DNA of 8,832 nucleotides from a virus (Duplodnaviria; Heunggongvirae; Uroviricota; Caudoviricetes): IMG/VR virus record IMGVR_UViG_2537561709_000011; one strand, 5' to 3'. Shown piece by piece: positions 1 to 6,800 of this stretch (position 1 is its first letter; each line of letters starts with the position of its first letter). The notes under the pieces were generated by a model. It saw only the letters and a program-made list of their open reading frames with translations, ran no database searches and was not told where the DNA came from. The position numbers and the translations under genes were made by a program.

Positions 1-5
1 GAAAT

Positions 6-24
6 CAGCCCCTGAACGGGGCTG
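6..24 (+). other. GC-rich hairpin (7-bp stem cagcccc/ggggctg, 5-nt loop) just upstream of the RBS of the first gene; no following T-run
   Basis: Inverted repeat read directly: 6-12 pairs with 18-24. Not followed by a T-tract, so not a canonical intrinsic terminator; possibly an RNA stability or processing element. The window edge limits context. Confidence 0.25.
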
Positions 25-37
25 TGCGGAGACAGTT

Positions 38-361
38 ATGGCAAAGAATTTTGTAGAAGAAGGAAAAACGGTGGCGATTGTTGCCAGTGCAGCCATCAGC
101 AGCGGAGATCTGGTGCAGGTGGGCGATGTTTTTGCGGTGGCGCTGACCGATATTCCACAGGGTGAAACAGGCGACGGCATGACCGAAGGTGTGTTTATGC
201 TGCCTAAGCTGAAAACGGATGACATGAAAACGGGTAAGAAGGTTTATCTGAAGTCAGGAAAAGTTCAGCTGACTAACAGCGGCTCTGATCCGCTGGTCGG
301 GGTTGTCTGGGCAGATGCCGGAACCAGTGCAGAAGAAGTGCCGGTAAAACTCAATGTCTGA
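38..361 (+). CDS. Small phage head-proximal structural-region protein (107 aa), function unknown
   Basis: ATG at 38 with GGAG 6 nt upstream; the stop overlaps the next start (ATG 354, TGA 359-361), typical of phage morphogenesis operons; same strand and codon style as the tail genes. I do not recognise the family with confidence. Confidence 0.6.
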   Translation: MAKNFVEEGKTVAIVASAAISSGDLVQVGDVFAVALTDIPQGETGDGMTEGVFMLPKLKTDDMKTGKKVYLKSGKVQLTNSGSDPLVGVVWADAGTSAEEVPVKLNV

Positions 362-629
362 TCCCTTTTCCCGGCTGGCAGCGCGTATGGATGCTATCAC
401 GGTCAGAAAGATGGGAAAGACAGCCTCGATTAATGATGTCGATATGACTGTGATCCCGGGAGAAACACTGGCAGAGCTGAATGCTCTGTCCGGACCTGCG
501 GTCTCTCTGGTGGTGTTTTCTTCGGGATACCGCCCACGGCGCGGGGATCGCGTTGTTTATGACGGACAACAATGGACGGTCACACGGCATGAACGCTTTA
601 ACGGTAAGCCAATGATCTTTATTGAGTAA
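354..629 (+). CDS. Head-tail joining protein, lambda FII-like (91 aa)
   Basis: Size and position immediately upstream of the Z homolog. Loose resemblance to recalled lambda gpFII motifs (xRGDxxxxxxxxWxV near the C-terminus, ARxDxxxRxxMGxxAxI near the N-terminus). Translationally coupled to the upstream ORF. Confidence 0.6.
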   Translation: MSDPFSRLAARMDAITVRKMGKTASINDVDMTVIPGETLAELNALSGPAVSLVVFSSGYRPRRGDRVVYDGQQWTVTRHERFNGKPMIFIE

Positions 630-640
630 AGAGGTGTGGG

Positions 641-1219
641 ATGAAGGGGCTTGAGAATGCCATCCGCAATCTGAACAGCCTTGATACCCGTATGGTGCCA
701 CAGGCCAGCGCATGGGCGATAAACCGTGTGGCACAGAAAGCGGGCTCGGTTGCCACCCGGCAGGTTGCCGGGAATACCGTTGCGGGAGATAACCAGGTGA
801 AAGGGATCCCCCTGAAACTGGTTCGTCAGCGTGTCCGGGTGTTTAAAGCCAGTCCGTCAGGAAAAATGACGGCCAGGATCCGCGTTAACCGGGGCAATCT
901 GCCCGCCATTAAGCTGGGGACAGCCCGGGTCAGACTGGCCCAGCGTGGTGGAAAACTGCAGTACCGTGGCAGTGTGCTGAAGGTGGGTAAATATCTTTTC
1001 CGGGATGCGTTTATTCAGCAACTGGCGAATGGTCGCTGGCATGTGATGCGGCGTATTGATGGCAAAAATCGTTACCCCATTGATGTGGTGAAAATCCCGC
1101 TGTCCGGACCGCTGACACAGGCATTTGAAGATGCCCGCGACCGCATCATTGCTGCGGAAATGCCGAAACAGCTGGGGTATGCACTGAAACAACAACTGAG
1201 GTTATGGCTGACCCGATGA
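641..1219 (+). CDS. Z: Minor tail protein Z-like (192 aa, same length as lambda gpZ)
   Basis: ATG 641 with GAGG 6 nt upstream; 192 aa; gene order FII-Z-U-V-G-T-H is conserved; the stop overlaps the U start (ATGA). Confidence 0.8.
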   Translation: MKGLENAIRNLNSLDTRMVPQASAWAINRVAQKAGSVATRQVAGNTVAGDNQVKGIPLKLVRQRVRVFKASPSGKMTARIRVNRGNLPAIKLGTARVRLAQRGGKLQYRGSVLKVGKYLFRDAFIQQLANGRWHVMRRIDGKNRYPIDVVKIPLSGPLTQAFEDARDRIIAAEMPKQLGYALKQQLRLWLTR

Positions 1220-1617
1220 ACCGACATACACAAATCCGCCAGGTCGTACTGGCACGCCTTCGGGAACAGTGTGGAGACAGCGCCACGTTTTTTGACGGGC
1301 TTCCGGCATTTGTTGATGCGCAGGAACTGCCTGCCGTGGCGGTGTGGCTGAGTGATGCTCAGTACACCGGAAAAATGACGGATGAAGATGACTGGCAGGC
1401 TGTTCTGCATATTGCTGTCTTCATCCGGGCACAGGCACCGGATTCAGAGCTGGATATGTGGATGGAGAGCACCATTTTCCCGGCCCTGAATGATGTATCG
1501 GCACTTTCCGGACTCATCGACACCCTGATCCCACTCGGTTTTAACTATCAACGTGATAATGAGATGGCCACCTGGGCGATGGCGGAAATCACGTACCAGA
1601 TCACGTACACGAATTAA
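1216..1617 (+). CDS. U: Tail terminator protein U-like (133 aa from ATG 1216; alternative start ATG 1204 gives 137 aa)
   Basis: The protein matches my recollection of lambda gpU (TFFDGxPAxxDxxxxPAVAVxLxxAxYTG ... PDSELDxWMES ... ITY at the C-terminus). ATG 1216 overlaps the Z stop as ATGA (coupling), and MNRHTQIRQ aligns with the lambda MKHTELRA N-terminus. Confidence 0.85.
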   Translation: MNRHTQIRQVVLARLREQCGDSATFFDGLPAFVDAQELPAVAVWLSDAQYTGKMTDEDDWQAVLHIAVFIRAQAPDSELDMWMESTIFPALNDVSALSGLIDTLIPLGFNYQRDNEMATWAMAEITYQITYTN

Positions 1618-1627
1618 GGAGGTGGTA

Positions 1628-2371
1628 ATGACCACGCCAAATCCACTGGCAAAGACGAAAGGTGCGGGGACGACGTTCTGGATGTATACCGGCAACGGCG
1701 ATGCGTTTGCGAACCCTTTGTCGGACACTGACTGGCTGCGTCTTGCGATGGTGAAGGATCTGCAACCTGGCGAAATGACCGCTGATGCAGAAGATGACAC
1801 TTATCTCGATGATGAAGATGCAGACTGGAAAACGACAACCCAGGGGCAGAAATCCGTTGGTGATACTTCGGCGACGCTGGCCTGGCGTCCGGGTGACAGC
1901 GGGCAGAAAAAACTGGTTCAGTTGTTCGACTCCGGTGAAGTCTGCGCGTTTCGTATCAAATATCCCAACGGCACTGTTGATGTTTTCCGCGGCTGGCTGA
2001 GCTCACTGGGTAAAACCATTGCCTCAAAAGACGTGATGACCCGCACAGTGAAAATCAGCGGTGTGGGGCGTCCATATCTGGCAGAGGAGGGCACTGAAAC
2101 TGTGGGCGTTACCGGGCTGACGGTGGCACCGGCATCCGCCAGTGTCAATGTGGGAGCAACCACCACGCTGACCTTTACAGTAAAACCTGACGGAGCCAGT
2201 GACAAAGCGATCAGTGTGCATTCGACAGATCCACAGACAGCCACTGTGACCCTGAACGGACTTGTGGCCACGGTGAAAGGCGTGAAGCAGGGCAGCGTCA
2301 GCATTGTGGGCATGACCGCTGACGGGAATTTTGTGGCTGTGGCTGCGGTGACTGTCAGCGCTGCAGGTTAA
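1628..2371 (+). CDS. V: Major tail protein V-like with C-terminal Ig-like (Big_2-type) domain (247 aa)
   Basis: AGGAGG 5 nt upstream of ATG 1628. Strong similarity to recalled lambda gpV (KGAGTTxWxYxGxGDxxANPLSDxDWxRLAxVKDLxPGExTA, YLDDEDADW, PNGTVDVFRGW, GRP). The C-terminal ~90 aa is Thr/Val/Ser/Ala-rich beta-like sequence, typical of the gpV Ig-like domain. Confidence 0.92.
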   Translation: MTTPNPLAKTKGAGTTFWMYTGNGDAFANPLSDTDWLRLAMVKDLQPGEMTADAEDDTYLDDEDADWKTTTQGQKSVGDTSATLAWRPGDSGQKKLVQLFDSGEVCAFRIKYPNGTVDVFRGWLSSLGKTIASKDVMTRTVKISGVGRPYLAEEGTETVGVTGLTVAPASASVNVGATTTLTFTVKPDGASDKAISVHSTDPQTATVTLNGLVATVKGVKQGSVSIVGMTADGNFVAVAAVTVSAAG

Positions 2372-2391
2372 CAGGACGATACTCATCATTT

Positions 2392-2415
2392 GCCCCGGTT
2401 ATCCGGGGCTTTTTT
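2392..2415 (+). terminator. Intrinsic terminator-like hairpin between V and G (stem gccccgg/ccggggc, loop ttat, then T6)
   Basis: Perfect 7-bp GC stem at 2392-2398 and 2403-2409, immediately followed by tttttt at 2410-2415. Probably a partial terminator that sets the V to G/T/H stoichiometry. Confidence 0.55.
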
Positions 2416-2431
2416 GCAGGTGGAGAACATG

Positions 2432-2818
2432 ATGTTTCTGAAACAGGGCACGTTTAATTATGAAAAGCAGTCCGTGGTGCTCAGTGAGCTGTCCGGGCTG
2501 CAGAGAATTGAATATCTGGCGTTTGTTCAGCAGCGAACGGCAAAGTTTGATGCCGAAGAGGGAGAACTGCCGGAGGCTGAACGACAGATTGCTTTTCTGC
2601 GGATGGGGATGGATATCAATGCCTGGCTGGTTTCCCGCTCACTGTGGAATGCGGAACAGTCTCAGGATGTTGAGACGCTTTGCGCATCCGTTATTACAAC
2701 ATGGTCGTATGATGCCCTGGGAGCGGGGGCGGAGATGGTTCTGTCGCTGAGCGGTATGGGAGCCATTGAGAATGCCGGGGATTTGGAGCATGAGGTGCTG
2801 ACGCCGGAAAAGTCCTGA
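2432..2818 (+). CDS. G: Tail assembly chaperone G-like (128 aa from ATG 2432; ATG 2429 and TTG 2390 are alternatives)
   Basis: The N-terminus MFLKQGTFNYEKQSVVLSELSGLQRIEYLA resembles recalled lambda gpG (MFLKTESFEHNGVTVTLSELSALQRIEHLA). GGAG lies 6 nt upstream of ATG 2432. Position between V and the tape measure. Confidence 0.8.
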   Translation: MFLKQGTFNYEKQSVVLSELSGLQRIEYLAFVQQRTAKFDAEEGELPEAERQIAFLRMGMDINAWLVSRSLWNAEQSQDVETLCASVITTWSYDALGAGAEMVLSLSGMGAIENAGDLEHEVLTPEKS

Positions 2819-3156
2819 CGCGGGAAATGCAGTTTGTCATGCGGCTTGCCCGGGAGTTCCGGCGGGCAGACTGGCGGCGGATGCTGTCGGAAATGTCGGC
2901 CACTGAGCTTGGTGAGTGGGGCGATTATTTCCGGATGCAGAGCTTCAGTGATGTGTGGATGGATGCGCAGTTTGCCTCGCTGAAGGCATTGATCGTGAGA
3001 ATGGTGTCCGGTAGCAGTGATGCTGCGGTGGCTGATTTCAGCCTTTTACCGGAAGAGAACGGGATACCGGAGCGAACGGACGAAGAACTGATGCATCTTG
3101 GGGAAGGTATTTCCGGAGGTGTGCGTTATGGACCAGATAGCCAACCTGGTCATTGA
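2794..3156 (+). CDS. T: Tail assembly protein T-like segment, expressed as a G-T fusion by programmed -1 ribosomal frameshift near the end of G
   Basis: The -1 frame relative to G is open from 2794 to the stop at 3154-3156. A candidate slippery heptamer GGAAAAG lies at 2806-2812 (lambda uses GGGAAAG), just before the G stop at 2816-2818. The G-T frameshift architecture is conserved in lambda-like phages. Confidence 0.6.
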   Translation, partial: GADAGKVLTREMQFVMRLAREFRRADWRRMLSEMSATELGEWGDYFRMQSFSDVWMDAQFASLKALIVRMVSGSSDAAVADFSLLPEENGIPERTDEELMHLGEGISGGVRYGPDSQPGH

Positions 3157-6100
3157 TTTGGGGATTGATGCGGCAGAGTTTAAAAATGAAATTCCCCGTA
3201 TCAAAAACCTTCTGAATGGTGCAGCCAGCGATGCAGAACGGTCTTCTGCCCGTATGCAGCGTTTTATGGAGCGTCAGACTCAGGCCGCCCGGCAGACAAT
3301 GCAGGCGGCTTCTTCGGCTGCAACAGCCGCATCCGTCCATGCGCAGACGGTGGAGAAGAGCGCACAGGCTCATGAACGCATGGCCCGCGAGGTGGAGCAA
3401 ACCCGCCAGCGTATGGAGGCACTGAGCCAGAAAATGCGCGAGGAACAGGCGCAGGCCATGGCTCTGGCGGAGGCTCAGGATAAAGCGGCTGCTGCGTTTT
3501 ATCGTCAGATTGACAGTGTGAAACAGGCCGGTGCGGGGCTGCAGGAATTACAGCGTATTCAGCAACAGATCCGACAGGCCAGAAACAGTGGCGGGATTGG
3601 TCAGCAGGATTATCTGGCGCTGATTTCTGAGGTTACGGCGAAAACCCGTGTTCTTACACAGGCTGAGGAAGAGGCTACCCGACAGAAAGTGGCGTTTATC
3701 CGTCAGCTTAAAGAGCAGGCAACCCGCCAGAATCTTTCTTCTTCTGAGTTGCTTCGTGCTAAGGCTGCCCAGCTGGGGGTAAGCAGTGCTGCAGAAGTGT
3801 ATATCCGCAAAATGGAGCAGGCAGGAAAAGCCACGCATTCGCTGGGTCTGAAAAGTGCAGCAGCCCGTCAGGAGATAGGCGTTCTGATAGGTGAACTGGC
3901 CCGCGGCAATTTAGGTGCGCTGAGGGGATCCGGAATAACGCTGGCTAACCGTGCCGGGTGGATAGACACACTGATGTCACCGAAAGGCATGATGCCAGGA
4001 GCGGTTATTGGCGGTATTGCCGCGGCTGTCTATGGTCTGGGTAAAGCCTGGTATGACGGTCAGAAGGAGGGGGAAGAATTTAACCGCCAGCTGTCGCTGA
4101 CGGGGCATTATGCCGGAGTCACTGCCGGGCAGCTGTGGACGCTCAGTCGTGCTATTTCCGGGAATGGTATCACGCAACATGCTGCAGCCGGTGCGCTGGC
4201 TCAGGTGGTGGGGAGTGGTGCATTTCGTGGAAACGATATCGGTATGGTGGCGAGAGCTGCCGCACAGATGGAGCGATCGGTTGGCCAGTCGGTCAGCGAT
4301 ACCATAAATCAGTTTAAGCGGCTGAAGGATGATCCTGTAAATGCCGCGAAGGCTCTGGACAATGAGCTGCATTTTCTTACTGCCACTCAGCTTGAGCAGA
4401 TACGCGTCCTTGGGGAGCAGGGGCGGTCCAGTGATGCTGCACGGATAGCCATGTCTGCACTGGCAGAGGAAACCGGTCGGCGTACTGCGGATATTGATAA
4501 TAACCTCAATGCGCTTGGCAGTACGCTGAAGTATCTGTCTGATTTGTGGAGTCGTTTCTGGGATGCGGCCATGAATATTGGTCGTGAAGACTCGCTGGAT
4601 GAACAGATTGCCGCTTTACAGGAGAAAGTGTCGCGGGCGAAAAGACTCCCCTGGACGGCATCATCTTCTCAGGTTGAATACGATCAGCAGCGTCTTAACG
4701 ATCTTCAGGAGAAAAAACGCCAGAAGGATTTGCAGGATGCAAAAGAGCAGGCAGAGCGGAATTATCAGGAGCAACAGAAACGCCGTAATGCTGAAAATGC
4801 TGCACTGAACCGGATGAATGAAACGGAAGCAGCACGACATCAGCGTGAAATAGCGCGTATTAATGCCATGCAGTACGCCGATCAGGCTGTCAGGGATGCG
4901 GCGATACAACGTGAAAATGAACGTTACGAGAAAGCCCTGGCATCCGGTAAGAAAAAAACACGCGAAACCCGTAATGATGAGGCCACCCGGTTATTGCTGC
5001 AGTACAGTCAGCAACAGGCACAGGTGGAAGGACAGATTGCTGCTGCCAGACAGTCAGCAGGCATTGCCACGGAAAGGATGACAGAAGCGCGTAAACAGCT
5101 TCTGGCTCTGCAGCAGCGCATCAGCGACCTGGACGGGAAAAAACTGACGGCAGATGAAAAGAGTGTGCTGGCCCGTAAAGATGAACTGATTCAGGCACTG
5201 ACGCTGCTGGATGTAAAACAGCAGGAGCTTCAGAAACAGACGGCACTCAACGAGCTGAAGAAAAAAACAATTCAGCTGACCAGTCAACTGGCTGAAGAAG
5301 AGCGCGCTCAGCGTCAGCAACATGACCTGGATATCGCCACGGTGGGTATGGGTGATCAGCAGCGACAGCGATATCAGGTACAACTGAGTCTTCGCCAGAA
5401 ATACCAGCAACAGCTGGAGCAGTTGAGGCGGGATAGTGAGCAGAAAGGGACATATAACACGGATGACTACAGAAAGGCCGAGCAGGCGCTGACGGAGAGC
5501 CTGAACCGACAACTGAATGAGAATCGCCGTTACTGGCAACAGCTTGAAGTTGTACAGGGTAACTGGAAAAACGGAGTCCTGCGTGCATTTCAGGATTTTA
5601 CCGTGGATGCAGATAATACGGCAGAAACAGCAGAACAGGTGTTCTCGTCAGCCTTCAGCAACATGGGAAATGGCCTGGCAACTTTTGTCACTACCGGCAA
5701 ACTCAATTTCAAATCCTTCACCTCTTCTGTGCTGTCAGATATGGCGAAAATCCTGGCGCAGGCAACCATGATGAAATCGATAAAAGGGATTGGCAGTGTA
5801 CTGGGATTTGATCTCAGCAGCCTTTCCCTGAATGCCAATGGGGGGATTTATCAGTCTGCTGATTTGAGTCGTTACAGTGGCACGGTGGTTAACCGTCCGA
5901 CGTTTTTTGCTTTTGCAAAAGGCGCGGGTGTGATGGGGGAAGCGGGACCTGAAGCCATTCTGCCATTGCGTCGTGGTGCTGACGGTAAGCTGGGGGTTGT
6001 GGCGGATATTGGGGGTTCAGGTATGGCGATGTTTTCCCCGCAGTACAACATCGAGATCAATAACGATGGCACGAACGGGCAGATAGGTCCGGCTGCCCTG

Positions 6101-6193
6101 AAGGCGGTTTATGACCTCGGGAAAAAAGCGGCAGCGGACTTTATGCAACAGCAGGCCCGTGATGGTGGTCGGTTAAGTGGAGCATATCGGTAA
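3128..6193 (+). CDS. H: Tail tape measure protein, lambda H-like (1021 aa from ATG 3128)
   Basis: GGAGG 8 nt upstream of ATG 3128. The N-terminus MDQIANLVIDLGIDAAEF resembles lambda gpH (…DLVVDLSLDAARF). The central region is long, Gln/Ala/Arg/Glu-rich and coiled-coil-like. The C-terminus INNDGTNGQIGPAALKAVYD…RDGG matches my recollection of the lambda gpH C-terminus. The ORF-track start at 3098 is a TTG and is unlikely. Confidence 0.92.
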   Translation: MDQIANLVIDLGIDAAEFKNEIPRIKNLLNGAASDAERSSARMQRFMERQTQAARQTMQAASSAATAASVHAQTVEKSAQAHERMAREVEQTRQRMEALSQKMREEQAQAMALAEAQDKAAAAFYRQIDSVKQAGAGLQELQRIQQQIRQARNSGGIGQQDYLALISEVTAKTRVLTQAEEEATRQKVAFIRQLKEQATRQNLSSSELLRAKAAQLGVSSAAEVYIRKMEQAGKATHSLGLKSAAARQEIGVLIGELARGNLGALRGSGITLANRAGWIDTLMSPKGMMPGAVIGGIAAAVYGLGKAWYDGQKEGEEFNRQLSLTGHYAGVTAGQLWTLSRAISGNGITQHAAAGALAQVVGSGAFRGNDIGMVARAAAQMERSVGQSVSDTINQFKRLKDDPVNAAKALDNELHFLTATQLEQIRVLGEQGRSSDAARIAMSALAEETGRRTADIDNNLNALGSTLKYLSDLWSRFWDAAMNIGREDSLDEQIAALQEKVSRAKRLPWTASSSQVEYDQQRLNDLQEKKRQKDLQDAKEQAERNYQEQQKRRNAENAALNRMNETEAARHQREIARINAMQYADQAVRDAAIQRENERYEKALASGKKKTRETRNDEATRLLLQYSQQQAQVEGQIAAARQSAGIATERMTEARKQLLALQQRISDLDGKKLTADEKSVLARKDELIQALTLLDVKQQELQKQTALNELKKKTIQLTSQLAEEERAQRQQHDLDIATVGMGDQQRQRYQVQLSLRQKYQQQLEQLRRDSEQKGTYNTDDYRKAEQALTESLNRQLNENRRYWQQLEVVQGNWKNGVLRAFQDFTVDADNTAETAEQVFSSAFSNMGNGLATFVTTGKLNFKSFTSSVLSDMAKILAQATMMKSIKGIGSVLGFDLSSLSLNANGGIYQSADLSRYSGTVVNRPTFFAFAKGAGVMGEAGPEAILPLRRGADGKLGVVADIGGSGMAMFSPQYNIEINNDGTNGQIGPAALKAVYDLGKKAAADFMQQQARDGGRLSGAYR

Positions 6194-6402
6194 TGGAGAC
6201 GTTTCACTGGAAAGTGCGCCCGGATATGAATGTGTATGAGCGTCGTGAGGGCGCTGGTGATGGTGTTCGTCGAAAGGTGGCGCGTTATGGCCTGCCTGGT
6301 CATTCTGTTGTGGTGCGTGACGGTGAGGGCCGGAACGGTGCAATTGACGGCGAATGTATACGCATCAATGCTACAGATGTGGTGCTGGTGGAGGGGCAAT
6401 AA
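6193..6402 (+). pseudogene. M: Minor tail protein M-like remnant (69-aa ORF; only the N-terminal ~14 aa and a short VRRKV segment resemble lambda gpM, which is 109 aa)
   Basis: ATG 6193 overlaps the H stop (TAATG). METFHWKVRPDMNV resembles lambda M (MKTFRWKVKPGMDV), but the rest diverges and the ORF ends early at 6400-6402, directly abutting the non-phage repeat region. No L, K, I or J follows. Confidence 0.5.
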
Positions 6403-6460
6403 AAAACCCTGAAAGATTTCTCCGGGTGCTCCAGTTGCACGTGGCAGAAATCCTTCAGGG
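6401..6460 (-). terminator. Candidate intrinsic terminator for minus-strand transcription: the unit-1 long hairpin followed on the minus strand by UUUUUU (+ strand aaaaaa 6401-6406)
   Basis: A 14-15 bp stem (with internal hairpin) immediately followed by a 6-U run on the minus strand. On the + strand the same hairpin has no T-run after it. Confidence 0.45.
6407..6460 (-). repeat. Stem-loop unit 1: outer inverted repeat 6407-6420/6447-6460 (14 bp, 1 mismatch) enclosing inner hairpin GTGC-tccagtt-GCAC (6426-6440)
   Basis: Read directly from the sequence. The mismatch is A/C on + and G-U on -. Confidence 0.7.
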
Positions 6461-6466
6461 TCAGCC

Positions 6467-6520
6467 GTAACGGGCCTCTGTACAGAGGGCTCCAGTTGCC
6501 CAGAGATGAGCACCCGCTAC
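6467..6520 (-). repeat. Stem-loop unit 2: outer inverted repeat 6467-6474/6513-6520 (8 bp, 1 mismatch) enclosing core CCTCTGTACAGAGG and inner hairpin GGGC-tccagtt-GCCC (6487-6501)
   Basis: Read directly. The mismatch is A/C on + and G-U on -. Confidence 0.6.
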
Positions 6521-6525
6521 AGCCT

Positions 6526-6587
6526 GTTGTGATAAGCCGCTTTACAGTGAGCTCCAGTTGCTCAAAGAGGCGCGTTTTTATCACAAC
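6526..6587 (-). repeat. Stem-loop unit 3: outer inverted repeat GTTGTGATAA/TTATCACAAC (6526-6535/6578-6587) enclosing core and inner hairpin (T)GAGC-tccagtt-GCTC(A) (6548-6564)
   Basis: Read directly; perfect 10-bp arms. The inner stem differs from units 1, 2 and 4 by compensatory changes. Confidence 0.7.
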
Positions 6588-6591
6588 CTGA

Positions 6592-6651
6592 CCGCGATAA
6601 CCCGCTGTACAGAGGGCTTCAATTGCCCAAAGAGGCGCATTCTTATCGCGG
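6592..6651 (-). repeat. Stem-loop unit 4: outer inverted repeat CCGCGATAA/TTATCGCGG (6592-6600/6643-6651) enclosing core and inner hairpin GGGC-ttcaatt-GCCC (6614-6628)
   Basis: Read directly; perfect 9-bp arms. They share the inner GATAA/TTATC with unit 3 but carry complementary changes in the outer part. Confidence 0.7.
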
Positions 6652-6800
6652 CATGACGAAATCACCGTGATGTTTTCGTCGTTCACTCATCCCGATGTGT
6701 GGGAGATGCACCGGAATGAGTGCCGAAAAGCCGCTGGCTGGCTTCATGCAGTCGGACTCAGTTGCCCGGGGCGAACACCATCAACGGCCTTTTGGTGGTG

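Larger units (their letters stand above)
6401..6794 (-). ncRNA. Candidate ~390-nt structured non-coding RNA made of tandem stem-loop modules (four homologous units plus extra hairpins), transcribed on the minus strand
   Basis: No credible ORF. Four units share a conserved core (CTGTACAGAGGGCTCCAGTTGCCCAAAGAGGCGC on +) and are each flanked by inverted repeats that differ between units but stay complementary. The two arm mismatches are A/C on + and therefore G-U on -. A -10 TATAAT promoter sits upstream and a hairpin plus U6 downstream on the minus strand. Confidence 0.45.

Noticed and set aside
354..734. Minus-strand ORF 351-734 (127 aa) and other shadow ORFs in the Z/U/V/G region (857-1195, 1072-1410, 1444-1800, 1614-1838, 1785-2000, 1918-2313, 2024-2389, 2460-2750, 2694-2903)
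   Set aside because: Each overlaps a tail gene with clear homology and coupling; none has an independent RBS or recognisable family.
1204..1215. U start at ATG 1204
   Set aside because: GAGG is only 2 nt upstream of it; ATG 1216 overlaps the Z stop in a coupling arrangement and aligns with the lambda U N-terminus. Kept as an alternative in the feature.
3098..3127. Tape measure start at 3098
   Set aside because: 3098 is a TTG with no Shine-Dalgarno sequence; ATG 3128 has GGAGG 8 nt upstream and aligns with the lambda H N-terminus.
3548..5838. Multiple antisense and alternative-frame ORFs inside the tape measure gene (for example 3548-3838, 3977-4372, 4661-4909, 5054-5539, 5247-5588, 5590-5838)
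   Set aside because: All overlap the well-supported H reading frame and are the kind of shadow ORFs expected in a long GC-rich gene.
6526..6587. Miniature transposable element: 10-bp terminal inverted repeats flanked by a CCTG direct repeat (possible target-site duplication)
   Set aside because: The neighbouring units have different arms with the same architecture and no flanking duplication; the CCTG match is most likely coincidental.
6407..6651. CRISPR array (about 34-bp repeats with about 30-bp spacers, period 62-65 bp)
   Set aside because: The repeats differ at 6 or more positions with compensatory changes. The apparent spacers are themselves inverted-repeat arms pairing across each unit. 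No cas genes and no leader-like AT-rich region. The pattern fits a structured RNA or ssDNA element better.
6655..6680. + strand intrinsic terminator (hairpin followed by gtttt) ending tail-operon read-through
   Set aside because: The stem is AT-rich with a 12-nt loop and the T-run is interrupted; more plausibly one of the stem-loops of the minus-strand structured element.
6300..6686. Minus-strand ORF of 128 aa spanning the repeat region and the end of M
   Set aside because: It crosses the predicted minus-strand terminator and runs antisense into M. The weak periodic amino-acid pattern is a by-product of the DNA repeats. Sequence is low-complexity and Cys-rich with no RBS.
6403..6800. Type III toxin-antitoxin antitoxin repeat array (ToxI-like) or integron attC sites
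   Set aside because: No endoribonuclease toxin gene follows the repeats on either strand. The unit size is larger than known ToxI/CptI repeats. attC sites would be separated by cassettes, not abutting.
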